DNA of 64,000 nucleotides from an uncultured delta proteobacterium (lineage in GTDB: Bacteria; Desulfobacterota; Binatia; Binatales; Binataceae): the NCBI GenBank assembly GCA_963813785.1, contig CAWFAJ010000002.1, positions 7,654 to 71,653 on the forward strand. The letters are read 5' to 3'. Below the pieces are notes generated by a model that searched no databases, was not told where the DNA came from, and saw only the letters and a list, made by a program, of their open reading frames with translations. Made by a program: the position numbers and the translations under genes. Of the stretch, positions 53,505-62,925 are shown one piece after another (position 1 is the stretch's first letter; each line of letters begins with the position of its first letter).

Positions 53505-53795
53505 ATGCCAATGAAGAATCCGCCCCATCCCGGAGAACTGATACGGGAAAATCTCGAGGACCTTGGCCTATCGGTGGCCGATGCCGCCGCGGGACTCGGT
53601 GTAACGCGCCAGCAGCTCTACAACGTCATCAACGGCAAGAGCGGTATAACGCCAGAAATGGCACTGCGCCTTGAAAAGGCTTTCGGCGGTTCCGCCGATA
53701 TCTGGCTTCGGATGCAGGTTAACTATGACCTTGCCGCGGTCCGCCGGCGCGCCTCGGAAATCACCGTCGTACGCCTGAGTCCGAGGCTGGCGTAG
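53505..53795 (+). CDS. higA: HigA antitoxin (XRE-family HTH)
   Basis: HPGELIRE...GLSVADAAAGLGVTRQQLYNVINGKSGITPEMALRLEKAFGGSADIWLRMQ. Confidence 0.75.
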   Translation: MPMKNPPHPGELIRENLEDLGLSVADAAAGLGVTRQQLYNVINGKSGITPEMALRLEKAFGGSADIWLRMQVNYDLAAVRRRASEITVVRLSPRLA

Positions 53796-53882
53796 ACCGC
53801 TCCTCTAGCCAGAACAACCTGTCGGGTTCCGGTTCCCAAGAATCCCGCGGCGGAGCTCTCGTTCGTGCCTCCGGCGGCGGAA

Positions 53883-55466
53883 CTAAAGCAAGGCGGCCGG
53901 GTTGAGGCGCCGGTAGATCGCGCGGTTGCGCTTATAGAACTCGAGGAACTCGCGGAACTGCCGATCGTACAGGCGCCGGTTGATATCGATCGGCCGATAC
54001 TCGGCGGCGATCTTCACCCGTGCGGAGATTTCCTCGACTGCGATCTCGCCCAGTGCGGCAAACGCCGCCATCGCGGCGCCCACCGCGTTGGCATTGCGCG
54101 GATTGGCCACTTGCCGCACCGTGCATCCGAGCACGTCGGCCTGGATCTGGCACCACAGATCGGAGCTCGCGCCGCCGCCGATGAAATTAAGCTGCTCGAA
54201 CGGCCGCCCGATGAACTTCTCGACGTGAGCCTTGAGCCATCGCAGGTTGTACGCGACCCCTTCCATCACTGCGCGCACGTAATGGCCGCGGCTGGTGCGC
54301 GCGTTCTGATTGAAGAAGGCGCTATGCGTCGCTGCGTCCTCGTGCGGCGCGAGCACGCCGTTGATCCATGGCGTGAAGATCAATCCGTCGCTCCCCGGCG
54401 CAACCTCCGCGGCAAGCCGGTTCATGTCGGCGTAAACGTCGATGGGAGAATTCGCGCCGCCGGCGGGATAAAGGATGTCTTTCAGGAACTCGAGACTGCG
54501 CCCCGCCGCGCCCTGCTCCGCACTGACCATGTATCGGCCCGGCAGCGCGGCCGGCATCGCGCTCAACATGTGGAGCGGGTCGGTCTTCTTCGCCGGCACG
54601 TGGCAGCTCATCCACGCCGTGGTGCCGATATAGAAGTAGCCCTCGTAGTTGCCCACCGTGCCCGCGCCCAAGGTCGCCGAATGGCCGTCGCACGAGCCCA
54701 TCACGACGCGAGTGGATGGCGCCAGGCCCAGGTCCGCTGCGACTTCGGGCTTGAGGGTGCCGAGGACGGCGTTAACCGGACGCAAGTCGGGCAATTTGGC
54801 GCGATCGACGCCGGCCATCGCAAGCAGCTCAGGCACGTAGTCAATCCTGTTGGGGTTGCGATTATCGGTCAGCCAGTAGGTGAACATCGTCGCATACGAA
54901 GCCGCGAATTGGCCGGTGAGCCGCAGATTGAGGTAATCCATCGGCTCGAGAAACTTGAAGGTCCGCGCATATATCTCGGGGCGCTCATTCTTGAAGAACA
55001 GGATATGCCCCAGGCCATCGACGCCCGATTGAACCGGCGCGCCGCCGGTGAAGCGCAGCCATTTGAGCAGCTTGAACAAGCCGTAGCCCTGCACTCGCGG
55101 CCATCCGCCGGCGACCGCGCGATTGTATTTCGCGCCGCGGGTGTCCATCCACGAGATCGCGTTGCCGATTGCGGCGCCGTCCTTGTCAACGGCCACCGTG
55201 ACGGCCCACAGCGTGGTGCATGCGACGGCGATGATTTGCGCCGCAGGCACGCCCGAGGCCGCGATCGCCTCCTTCGCCGCGTCGCACACGGCCCGCCACC
55301 ATTGCTCGGGATCCTGCTCGACCGCGCCGCCCTCCATCATCATGGTGGTCGTGTGCCGCAATGCCGACGCGACGACCTCGCCTGCGCTCGAGACGACTGC
55401 GGCCTTGGTGCTGCCGGAGCCCATATCGATGGCGAGCACGTACTTAAGCGGATCGGAGGAAGGCAT
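53883..55466 (-). CDS. FGGY-family carbohydrate kinase
   Basis: N-terminal LAIDMGSGSTKAAV, FGGY_N/FGGY_C architecture, 527 aa. Confidence 0.85.
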   Translation of the reverse strand: MPSSDPLKYVLAIDMGSGSTKAAVVSSAGEVVASALRHTTTMMMEGGAVEQDPEQWWRAVCDAAKEAIAASGVPAAQIIAVACTTLWAVTVAVDKDGAAIGNAISWMDTRGAKYNRAVAGGWPRVQGYGLFKLLKWLRFTGGAPVQSGVDGLGHILFFKNERPEIYARTFKFLEPMDYLNLRLTGQFAASYATMFTYWLTDNRNPNRIDYVPELLAMAGVDRAKLPDLRPVNAVLGTLKPEVAADLGLAPSTRVVMGSCDGHSATLGAGTVGNYEGYFYIGTTAWMSCHVPAKKTDPLHMLSAMPAALPGRYMVSAEQGAAGRSLEFLKDILYPAGGANSPIDVYADMNRLAAEVAPGSDGLIFTPWINGVLAPHEDAATHSAFFNQNARTSRGHYVRAVMEGVAYNLRWLKAHVEKFIGRPFEQLNFIGGGASSDLWCQIQADVLGCTVRQVANPRNANAVGAAMAAFAALGEIAVEEISARVKIAAEYRPIDINRRLYDRQFREFLEFYKRNRAIYRRLNPAALL

Positions 55467-55677
55467 CTTGGTGAGTTCCGCTCTTGGTAGATTTACCTGA
55501 TGCGTCGGCCGAGTTTGATGCGTCGCGCGAGTTCTTCAGAATGACCGCATCACGAAAAATAATCCAGCAGTTTGGAACTCGTCGCGGAGAGCGCAACGGT
55601 TTCGCAGGCTCGCCCCCGCGCTTGCGCGGCGATGCGACGGCGGTGTAATCGAAGCGTCGAGGTCGGAGAATTCTCAG

Positions 55678-56970
55678 ATGGCCAAAGCTGACTCCATTGT
55701 CACATTGGGCGTCGATGCGGCTCGGGCGCGTCGTCCCGCGATCATCGATCGTTTCGCGCGCGGCGCGGTTCTGAGCCGTCTGGCGGGAATCAAAACCGGC
55801 CGCATCGTGATCGAAGATGGCGACGAGCGCATCCCGTTCGGCCAGGACATCGAGGACGCCGATTTGCGCGCCACCATCCGCGTCAAGGACCGCCGCTTCT
55901 ATTCCGACATCGCGCTCGCGGGCAGCATCGGCGCCGGTGAAGCGTACATGGCCGGCTCGTGGACGACCGATGATCTGACCGCGCTCGCCCAAATCATGAT
56001 CCGCAACCGCGAAGTGATGGAGGGCATGGATGGCGGCCTGGCGCGGCTGGCCAATCCCGTCCGCCGCTTCATCCACTATCTCAATCGCAACACCAAAGCC
56101 GGGAGCCAACGCAACATCGCGGCGCATTACGACCTCGGCAACGATTTTTTCGAGCTGATGCTGGATCGCACGCTGATGTACTCGTGCGCGATCTTCGAGC
56201 GCGCCGGCGCGACGCTGGAAGAGGCGGCGACGGCCAAGGTCGATCGCATTTGCCGCAAGCTCGATCTTCGCGCCCACGATCAGCTGGTCGAGATCGGCAC
56301 GGGATGGGGCGGGTTTGCGATTCACGCGGCCAAAAACTACGGATGCCGCGTCACGACCATCACGATTTCGCGAGCGCAGCACGACTACGCCGTCAAAAGA
56401 ATCGCCGCCGAGGGCCTGGCGGATCGCATCACCGTGCTGCTCAAGGATTACCGCGACCTCAGCGGCCAGTTCGACAAGGCCGTCTCGATCGAGATGATCG
56501 AAGCGGTCGGGCATCAGTTCGTCGATTCATATTTCCGCAAATGCGGCGAGCTGTTGAAGCCCGACGGCATGATGCTGTTGCAGGCGATTACGATCACCGA
56601 CCGCGAGTATGCGGGCGCGCTCAAGCGCGTCGATTTCATCAAGAAGTACATTTTCCCGGGCAGCTTCATTCCGTCGGTCACCGCGCTGTGCGATTCGATC
56701 ACGCGCGCGAGCGACCTGCGGCTGTTCCATCTCGAAGATCTCACGCCCAATTACGCCGAGACCTTGAAGAACTGGCGAACCCGGATGTTCAACAACATCG
56801 AACGCGTGCGCGCGCTCGGATATCCGGAAGAATTCATCCGGATGTGGGAGTTCTACCTTTGCTACTGCGAGGCCGGCTTTCGCGAGCGTTATATCGGCGA
56901 CGTGCAGATGATCCTGACCAAGCCCGATTCAAGACGCGCCCCAATTCTTCCAATTCTGCCCCGGCTGTAA
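55678..56970 (+). CDS. cfa: cyclopropane-fatty-acyl-phospholipid synthase
   Basis: SAM motif LVEIGTGWGGFAIHAAKNYGCRVTTITIS; CFA-synthase C-terminal YLCYCEAGF. Confidence 0.85.
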   Translation: MAKADSIVTLGVDAARARRPAIIDRFARGAVLSRLAGIKTGRIVIEDGDERIPFGQDIEDADLRATIRVKDRRFYSDIALAGSIGAGEAYMAGSWTTDDLTALAQIMIRNREVMEGMDGGLARLANPVRRFIHYLNRNTKAGSQRNIAAHYDLGNDFFELMLDRTLMYSCAIFERAGATLEEAATAKVDRICRKLDLRAHDQLVEIGTGWGGFAIHAAKNYGCRVTTITISRAQHDYAVKRIAAEGLADRITVLLKDYRDLSGQFDKAVSIEMIEAVGHQFVDSYFRKCGELLKPDGMMLLQAITITDREYAGALKRVDFIKKYIFPGSFIPSVTALCDSITRASDLRLFHLEDLTPNYAETLKNWRTRMFNNIERVRALGYPEEFIRMWEFYLCYCEAGFRERYIGDVQMILTKPDSRRAPILPILPRL

Positions 56971-57012
56971 GCGAGCGGCCGGTCAATTTGCGCGAGCGCG
57001 GGTACATCCCGC

Positions 57013-57046
57013 TTGACAACAGCGATAACCAGATGATAATTATTAT
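57013..57046 (+). promoter_or_regulatory. promoter with a Fur/PerR-box overlapping the -10 element (autoregulation candidate)
   Basis: TTGACA (57013-57018) is followed by a 17-bp spacer. The near-palindrome GATAATTATTATC (57034-57046) then overlaps the candidate -10 element ATAATT. Confidence 0.5.
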
Positions 57047-57053
57047 CACCTAG

Positions 57054-57560
57054 GTGATGGAACTACAGCTGGTAAACGAACGACGACGCGGCCCCTATGC
57101 CGCCAAGCGCCTGTCCGAGTTCGCGGCGCGATGCCGCCACGGCGGGCTGGCGGTTACGCCGCAGCGCCTGGCGATCATCAAGGCGCTGCTCGGCTCCGGC
57201 GAGCATCCGCGCGCCGACGCGATCTTTGCCGCGGTCCGAGTGCAGCATCCTTATATTTCGCTGGCGACCGTGCATCGCACCCTGGAAACGCTGTGCGACA
57301 TCGGCGAGGCGCGCAAGGTCACGATGCTGCACGACAGCGCGCGCTACGACGGGAATGTCACCCCGCACCATCATGTGGTATGCGTCAAGTGCCGGCGCAT
57401 CCGCGATATCGAGATTCCGCAGCTTGACCGCCTGCTCGCCGGGCAATCGGAGCTGGGCGAGTTCACGGTGCTCGGCTCGTCGCTGGAGATTCACGCGCTG
57501 TGCGAGGAATGCGGGGCCAAACGCGCCAGCGCGAATCGGACAAGGAAGCCGCGGCGTTGA
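57054..57560 (+). CDS. Fur-family metalloregulator (PerR-like by context)
   Basis: DNA-binding helix LAVTPQRLAIIKAL; HHHVVCVKC...CEEC metal-site cysteines. Upstream of rubrerythrin. Confidence 0.8.
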   Translation: MMELQLVNERRRGPYAAKRLSEFAARCRHGGLAVTPQRLAIIKALLGSGEHPRADAIFAAVRVQHPYISLATVHRTLETLCDIGEARKVTMLHDSARYDGNVTPHHHVVCVKCRRIRDIEIPQLDRLLAGQSELGEFTVLGSSLEIHALCEECGAKRASANRTRKPRR

Positions 57561-57615
57561 TTTTTTAAGTCAGCTCAATCAAACCAATTGAAGTCAGACA
57601 CGGGAGAAACAAAAA

Positions 57616-58032
57616 ATGGCAAATCTCAAAGGAACCAAAACCCATCAGAACCTCAAGGATGCGTTCGCAGGCGAGAGCCAGGCTAATCGCCGCTATCTGT
57701 ATTTCGCCAAGATCGCCGACGTCGAAGGCCAGCCGGAAATCGCGGGCCTGTTTCGCGATACGGCCGAAGGCGAGACCGGACACGCCCACGGCCATCTCGA
57801 CTATCTGAAATCGGTCGGCGATCCGGCCACCGGCTTGCCGATCGGCGATTCGATGACGAACCTCAAGTCCGCGGTTCATGGCGAGACTCACGAGTACACC
57901 GACATGTACCCGGGGATGGCGAAGACGGCGCGCGAAGAGGGCTTCGCGGAAATTGCCGATTGGTTCGAAACTCTCGCCAAGGCCGAGAAGTCCCACGCGG
58001 GACGCTTCGCCAAGGCGCAGGGCACGCTCTAA
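57616..58032 (+). CDS. rubrerythrin-family di-iron protein (erythrin domain only, no rubredoxin domain)
   Basis: ExxH di-iron ligands ([17 protein letters not shown]) in a 138-aa ferritin-like fold. Confidence 0.85.
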   Translation: MANLKGTKTHQNLKDAFAGESQANRRYLYFAKIADVEGQPEIAGLFRDTAEGETGHAHGHLDYLKSVGDPATGLPIGDSMTNLKSAVHGETHEYTDMYPGMAKTAREEGFAEIADWFETLAKAEKSHAGRFAKAQGTL

Positions 58033-58192
58033 GAGGGTATCGCAAACATCGCCAGCGGGCGGGCCTCCGAGAAGCCCGCCCGCTATTTCAACGGCGACGC
58101 CGCGCCGGACTGCGGTACGCGCGGTATCACGCCAGGCACGCACGAGCGCGCGCGCGCCCATATCGAAAAGTCCGCAGCCAGGATTTTTCCCG

Positions 58193-59494
58193 ATGGCCAA
58201 CCGAATCGAGGCCAGGCCGAGCGACGGCCTTTCCTACAATTCCACAGAAGCGAAGTACTGGGACCGCGCCGGACTGGACAAGGAAGTCGAGCGGGTGTTC
58301 GACATCTGTCACACCTGCCGCCTGTGCTTCAATCTTTGCCCGTCGTTCCCGGCGCTGTTCGACGCGACCGATCGCAACGACGGCGACGTGAGAGGGCTGA
58401 CGGCGGCCGAGAAAGAGCGCGTGATCGAGCTCTGCTACGGATGCAAACTGTGCGAGATCAAATGTCCCTACACGCCGCGCGACGGTCATGAGTTCCAGCT
58501 GGATTTCCCGCGCCTGATCCTTCGCGCCAAGGCGGTGAGCGCCAAGGAAGACGGCGTCAAGCTGCGCGAGCGGATCCTGGCCCGTCCCGATCAACTCGGC
58601 AAGGCGGGGGCGATGGCGCCGGCGCTGGCAAACTGGGGATGCCATCGGAAGTTTCAGCGCGTGATGATGGAAAAGCTGCTCGGGATCGATCGCGGCAAGC
58701 TGCTTCCCGACTTCGCCGCCGAGACTTTCGACCAGTGGCTCAGGCGCACCGGCCTGCCCGCAATCCCGGCGGAGCCGGCGGCGAAGGTCGCGATTTTCCC
58801 GACCTGTTTTGTCAATTACTACAACCCCGGGCCGGGCAAGGCGGCGGTCGAGGTATTTGCGAAAAACGGATGCGCGGTGAAATGCCCGAAGCAGAACTGC
58901 TGCGGGATGCCGGCGCTGGACGGCGGCGACGTCGAGTTCGCGCGCAAGGAAGCACGGGCGAATATCGATTCGATGCTGCCGCTGGTGCGCGAGGGCTACA
59001 AAATCGCGGCGATCAATCCGACCTGCTCGCTGATGATGCGCGCGGAATATCCCAACCTGCTCAGCGGCGACGAGGTCAGGGAGTTCGCCGCGGCGGTGGT
59101 CGATTCGCACGAGCTGCTCTACGAGCTGCATCGCGCCGGCAAGTTCAACAAGGAGTTTCTGTCCACGCCCGGCACTATCGCGTATCACGTCCCGTGCCAT
59201 CTCAAGGCCCAGGGTATCGGATTGCGCTCGCGCGACCTGATGCGCCAGATTCCAGGCGTGGAAGTAACCACAGTCGATGCATGCACGGCGCATGACGGGA
59301 CGTGGGCAATGAAAAAAGAGTTCTTCGCGCTCTCGATGAAATGGGGCGAGAAGGCCTTCACCGGGATGCGCGAAGCGGGAGCGCGAGTGATGGCGACCGA
59401 CTGTCCGCTGGCGGCAGTGCAAATCGAGCAGGCGACGGGAGTGCGTCCGCTTCATCCGCTGGAGGTGCTAGCGCGCGCGTACCAGCAGGGGTGA
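58193..59494 (+). CDS. Fe-S oxidoreductase with 2x[4Fe-4S] ferredoxin motifs and two CCG domains (heterodisulfide-reductase-related / GlpC-like)
   Basis: Start at MANRIEARP. CxxCxxCxxxCP x2, then two CCG domains (CCGMPALDGG; HVPCHL). The longer track ORF from 57878 overlaps rubrerythrin out of frame. Confidence 0.75.
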   Translation: MANRIEARPSDGLSYNSTEAKYWDRAGLDKEVERVFDICHTCRLCFNLCPSFPALFDATDRNDGDVRGLTAAEKERVIELCYGCKLCEIKCPYTPRDGHEFQLDFPRLILRAKAVSAKEDGVKLRERILARPDQLGKAGAMAPALANWGCHRKFQRVMMEKLLGIDRGKLLPDFAAETFDQWLRRTGLPAIPAEPAAKVAIFPTCFVNYYNPGPGKAAVEVFAKNGCAVKCPKQNCCGMPALDGGDVEFARKEARANIDSMLPLVREGYKIAAINPTCSLMMRAEYPNLLSGDEVREFAAAVVDSHELLYELHRAGKFNKEFLSTPGTIAYHVPCHLKAQGIGLRSRDLMRQIPGVEVTTVDACTAHDGTWAMKKEFFALSMKWGEKAFTGMREAGARVMATDCPLAAVQIEQATGVRPLHPLEVLARAYQQG

Positions 59495-59530
59495 CGATAC
59501 GCCGGAGCGTATGACGGGAGAACTTGATTA

Positions 59531-59590
59531 TATGCGGAACCCACCGTGGGTTCCGCACCTCCTTGGGCAGGGGTGACCCCTGCACCCAGT
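59531..59590. repeat. REP/MITE-like element, copy 2 (modules A+B)
   Basis: Palindrome TGCGGAACCCACCGTGGGTTCCGCA followed by the palindrome-containing GGGCAGGGGTGACCCCTGCACCCAGTA. Confidence 0.6.
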
Positions 59591-59737
59591 AGTAAGAAGA
59601 CGCGAAAATCTGCGCAGCGCATCTTTTCGCGACTACGCAATGGCAGGGCTGAGCCTCTGGGCGCAGTGAAAAGAGAAGAGAGAAGATGCGGGACTGCGTC
59701 CCGGTTAGAATTTCATCTGCTGCAAGGAGAATGACAA

Positions 59738-60319
59738 TTGAAGAGGATCACTTTTGAGGAAATACTTTCGCTGGGCGATTACGGACGCGTGCGCGAGCGG
59801 CTGCGGCCCTTGTTTATTCATGAGAAGGAACGGCGCCGGCTCCACGTCGGGTCGCATCTGACGCTGCTGTTCGAGAACCCGCAGACCGCGTGGTACCAGA
59901 TCGAGGAGATGATCAGGGCCGAGAAAATGACGGAGCGCGAGGCGATCGAGCACGAAATCGACACTTACAACGATCTGCTTCCGGCCGCGGGCGAAATTGC
60001 CGCGACGCTGTTAATTGAATACGCCGAGGCGCAGGAACGCGACGCCGCGTTGATCCGGCTGGTCGGCCTGGAACGCCATCTGTGGCTCAAGGCGGGCACC
60101 CAAAGGATCGCGGCCAGATTCGACGATCGCCAGATGTCAGAGGAAAGAATCAGCGCGGTGCAATTTGTCAGGTTCAGGCTGGAGGGCGTGGACGCATCCC
60201 GGTTTCTCGAACTCGCCGGCAAAGGCGAGGTATCGGTCCAGGCGGACCATCCGAGCCTGGCGGCACAGGGCGCGATCGAGGGATTGCTGGCAACCTCGCT
60301 CGCGGAGGATCTGCGCTAG
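59738..60319 (+). CDS. DUF3501-like conserved hypothetical protein
   Basis: 193 aa, acidic, no signal peptide. I recall DUF3501 genes commonly sitting next to rubrerythrin plus HdrD-like Fe-S oxidoreductase pairs. Confidence 0.45.
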   Translation: MKRITFEEILSLGDYGRVRERLRPLFIHEKERRRLHVGSHLTLLFENPQTAWYQIEEMIRAEKMTEREAIEHEIDTYNDLLPAAGEIAATLLIEYAEAQERDAALIRLVGLERHLWLKAGTQRIAARFDDRQMSEERISAVQFVRFRLEGVDASRFLELAGKGEVSVQADHPSLAAQGAIEGLLATSLAEDLR

Positions 60320-60335
60320 CGGGAGGGAGATTGAA

Positions 60336-60412
60336 TGTGAAACCCACCGTGGGTTTCACGCTTCCTTGGGCAGGGGTAACCCCTGCACCGCAGGGCTGAG
60401 CCCTGCACCCAC
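60336..60412. repeat. REP/MITE-like element, copy 3 (modules A+B plus an extra hairpin)
   Basis: GTGAAACCCACCGTGGGTTTCAC, GGGCAGGGGTAACCCCTGCACC and GCAGGGCTGAGCCCTGC. Same orientation as copy 2. Confidence 0.6.
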
Positions 60413-60418
60413 CGTTAA

Positions 60419-60690
60419 GGCCGCCCGCCGATGGCGGGCGGTCGTTGGCACGACGGGCCGTGCGATGGTCTTGGTCCAGTGCCCTCTCCTTGTCCGAGGA
60501 GAGGGTTAGGGAGAGGTGCCACGATCGAAAGAGAATGGCGACGCGGGCGTTGAACCTCTCCCGGCGCGCTAGGAATCGCGCCGACCTCTCCTCGGACAAG
60601 GAGAGGTTAGGTCGTGTCTCCCCCGGTACAAACCGGCGTCCGGTTATGCAGAGCTCTCCCTGAGAGGCGAGGAAAATACAGACGCGATGG
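60419..60690. repeat. array of at least 6 short GC-rich hairpins built around GGAGAGG/CCTCTCC motifs
   Basis: GCCGCCCGCC-gat-GGCGGGCGG; CCTCTCC-ttgtccga-GGAGAGG (60483-60504) and its exact reverse complement at 60586-60607; GGCGCG-ctaggaat-CGCGCC; AACCGG-cgt-CCGGTT; additional CCTCTC/GAGAGG copies. Confidence 0.5.
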
Positions 60691-60700
60691 GGCACAAAGA

Positions 60701-60735
60701 GGAACACCGAATCCGGCAATCCGGATTCGGTGTTC
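60701..60735 (-). terminator. perfect 15-bp-stem hairpin downstream of the NHL pseudogene
   Basis: GAACACCGAATCCGG-caa-CCGGATTCGGTGTTC, about 35 bp past the stop at 60770. Confidence 0.6.
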
Positions 60736-60769
60736 GCTGTTCGCGTTTAGTTCGTGTGGCTAGCGGCTG

Positions 60770-62368
60770 TTATTCGCAGGCTCCGTCAGCACGTACCCCG
60801 GCGTACGTGCAGGTAGGTTCCGGCGTGGGGGTAAACGCCGGCAAGGCAACGCCGACCGGCAAGTTCATTTTCGCCCCGGGATTTGCAATGACCAGCGTCG
60901 GGGGAATGTCGCCGCCTGACGTCGGGAAATCGGTAAACATCTCGAGCGAATTGTTGCCGTTGCTTACGACGTAAAGAGCCGAGTTGTCCGCGTCGATCGC
61001 GATGCCCTTGGGAGTTTTGAGTTTCGTGTGTTTGCCGGAAATCGTGCCCAGCAGTTCGCCATCGAAAGCGAAGATATTGATCATCGAAATTGGTGAAGGG
61101 ATAGAAGATTTTGATGCTGTTATCGCCCATGTCTGTCACGTACAAGTTGTCATCGAAGTCAACCGCATCACCGATCGGTTGATTCAATGAGTCCACTGTC
61201 GGACTTTCAGCGCATCTAGCGCCGCAATTACCGATGAGGGTGGTCGGAAATTGGTCGCCAACCGCGCCAGGAGGATACACGGTTACGTATCGAGGGGCAC
61301 ACGAGAGGTCGAAGGCGAGGGTGCCGGCGTTGTTGACGACAAACAGGTAGCCAATGTCGTCAAACGTGAGGTTTGCCGGCCCCGCCAGTAGAGTAAAGCA
61401 TCCGCCGATGGTGGAGTTCTGGCTATATGGCTGCAAGGGTCAACGGGTTGATCGCGTCCACCACCCATCCGCCGTAGGGAAACGAGGGCGGAATGTTGTT
61501 GAGGCCGGGAACCAAGGTCGAGCGATCATACTCGGTAATCGTGCCCAAGCTCGCGCCAGGCCCAACCGGGCCGCCGCCGCATACTCCGGGGTGTCCCGGG
61601 CTAGGTTCAATGTTCGTGGGCGCGTCCGCGCAGGCGGCCAGGCCGCACTCTCCCCCGGGGCAGTCAGGAGAACCATATACCTCGGGGAACATGTTCGCGA
61701 CGGCTAACTCATCGTGGCCGGGGTCGATTGATCCCATCGTAGGGGCTTTCAAATGCGACGCCCTGGGGGAAGAAGATGCCGGTAGTGTTGGGGAAACCGT
61801 ACGCGAAAAGGGGTGAGCAAATTATGTTTTCCGGCGCCGAGTTGCCATTGGCTTCAGGAGAGAAGATTTCGACCAAGCCAGTGCCATATAACAACGGACT
61901 CACGGTGCCGGGTGCGGGCTGTCCAAAAGGACCGCAGAGAACGCTATCGAGATCGAAAAAGTCGATCGGCATCGAGACCGCGACGTGAGCGTCCATCGAG
62001 CTCACCGAGTCGAAAGCCGCACCGGTGCTGGCGCCCAAATTGGTGTTGGTGCCGTGGACAAAAAATTTGGGCTTGGAACTGTGTCCGGCACCGGCGACAA
62101 AGGTCTCGAGGCTGCCGTCGAAAACAGCGCCATAACTCGAGACGACGACCGTGTCTTGGAGACGGCGGGCCGGGGGGGTGTTTTTAATCTTCTTCTTGGA
62201 TTTCGCGTAGCTGGTGCCCGCTGTACCCACGAGGAGCGCAGCGATCACGAACGCCACGGCCACGAGCGAAAGCCGACGAGCGACGGCGGTAAGCTTGAGC
62301 GCCCGCGCGTGCGCCAACGAGATCCCATCCCTGCCCTGAGTCATCGCCTGCATCCTTCCATGCGTCAT
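60770..62368 (-). pseudogene. NHL-repeat beta-propeller secreted protein split into four frames by at least 3 frameshifts
   Basis: Four ORFs (61709..62368 with signal peptide/TM, 61423..61752, 60786..61436, 60770..61084) form one colinear protein. NHL-like repeats LNQPIGDAVDFDDNLYVTDMGDNSIKIF and LKTPKGIAIDADNSALYVVSNGNNSLEMF are present. Confidence 0.6.
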
Positions 62369-62925
62369 TGTATCTAACCCCCGCCGAGTCGAATCGGTGT
62401 TCCGTGTGCTGACCCAATCAGCCTAGAAAACCCACGCAGCCGTCGGTTCGTTCCACTCCCCGCAAAGCCAACGGAAGCCCCGCCAAGGTCCGGAAATCGC
62501 CCCGGACGCGTATTCGGTCGTGGTACTTACACGGATCGGATGACAAATTCAAGTGCTACGTAACTCTTCGTTAATGAGCCGGAGATGACGGCGAATCGAG
62601 AATCGACTATGCGGAATGGATCGAAGCGCGAGGGAGCTTTAATGATGTGGCCGGGAGGGAGGCAAGCGACGGGCGGCCGGCGATGCGGGCGCGAATGGAA
62701 TTGCAACCGGCGGATTGGGGATGGGCAAAATCACGCGGCGCTTAACGGACTGTTGCGAGGGCATTACCGGCGCGTGCAAGCTTCTTGACAAGGTACGGGG
62801 GGTAATGATAGCTAAGCCGCGTTCGTAGATTGTTGCGCACGAACGGGGAATGAGTGTCGGACGCTTGCCTGGTGGACAATCGGGCGAGGAGTCGTAACCA
62901 CGAGGGCTCCAGCTTGGGGGTGACT

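Noticed and set aside
53865-55490. 541-aa plus-strand ORF
   Set aside because: It is antisense to the FGGY kinase gene.
57878-58192. 5' extension of the long ORF that overlaps rubrerythrin
   Set aside because: The extension overlaps the rubrerythrin gene out of frame and reads as Arg/Pro-rich junk. The homologous Fe-S protein starts at MANRIEARP (58193).
60419-60690. possible CRISPR array
   Set aside because: Only two copies of the 22-nt unit are present, and they are in inverted orientation. Spacing is irregular, no cas genes are nearby, and the surrounding hairpins are unrelated.
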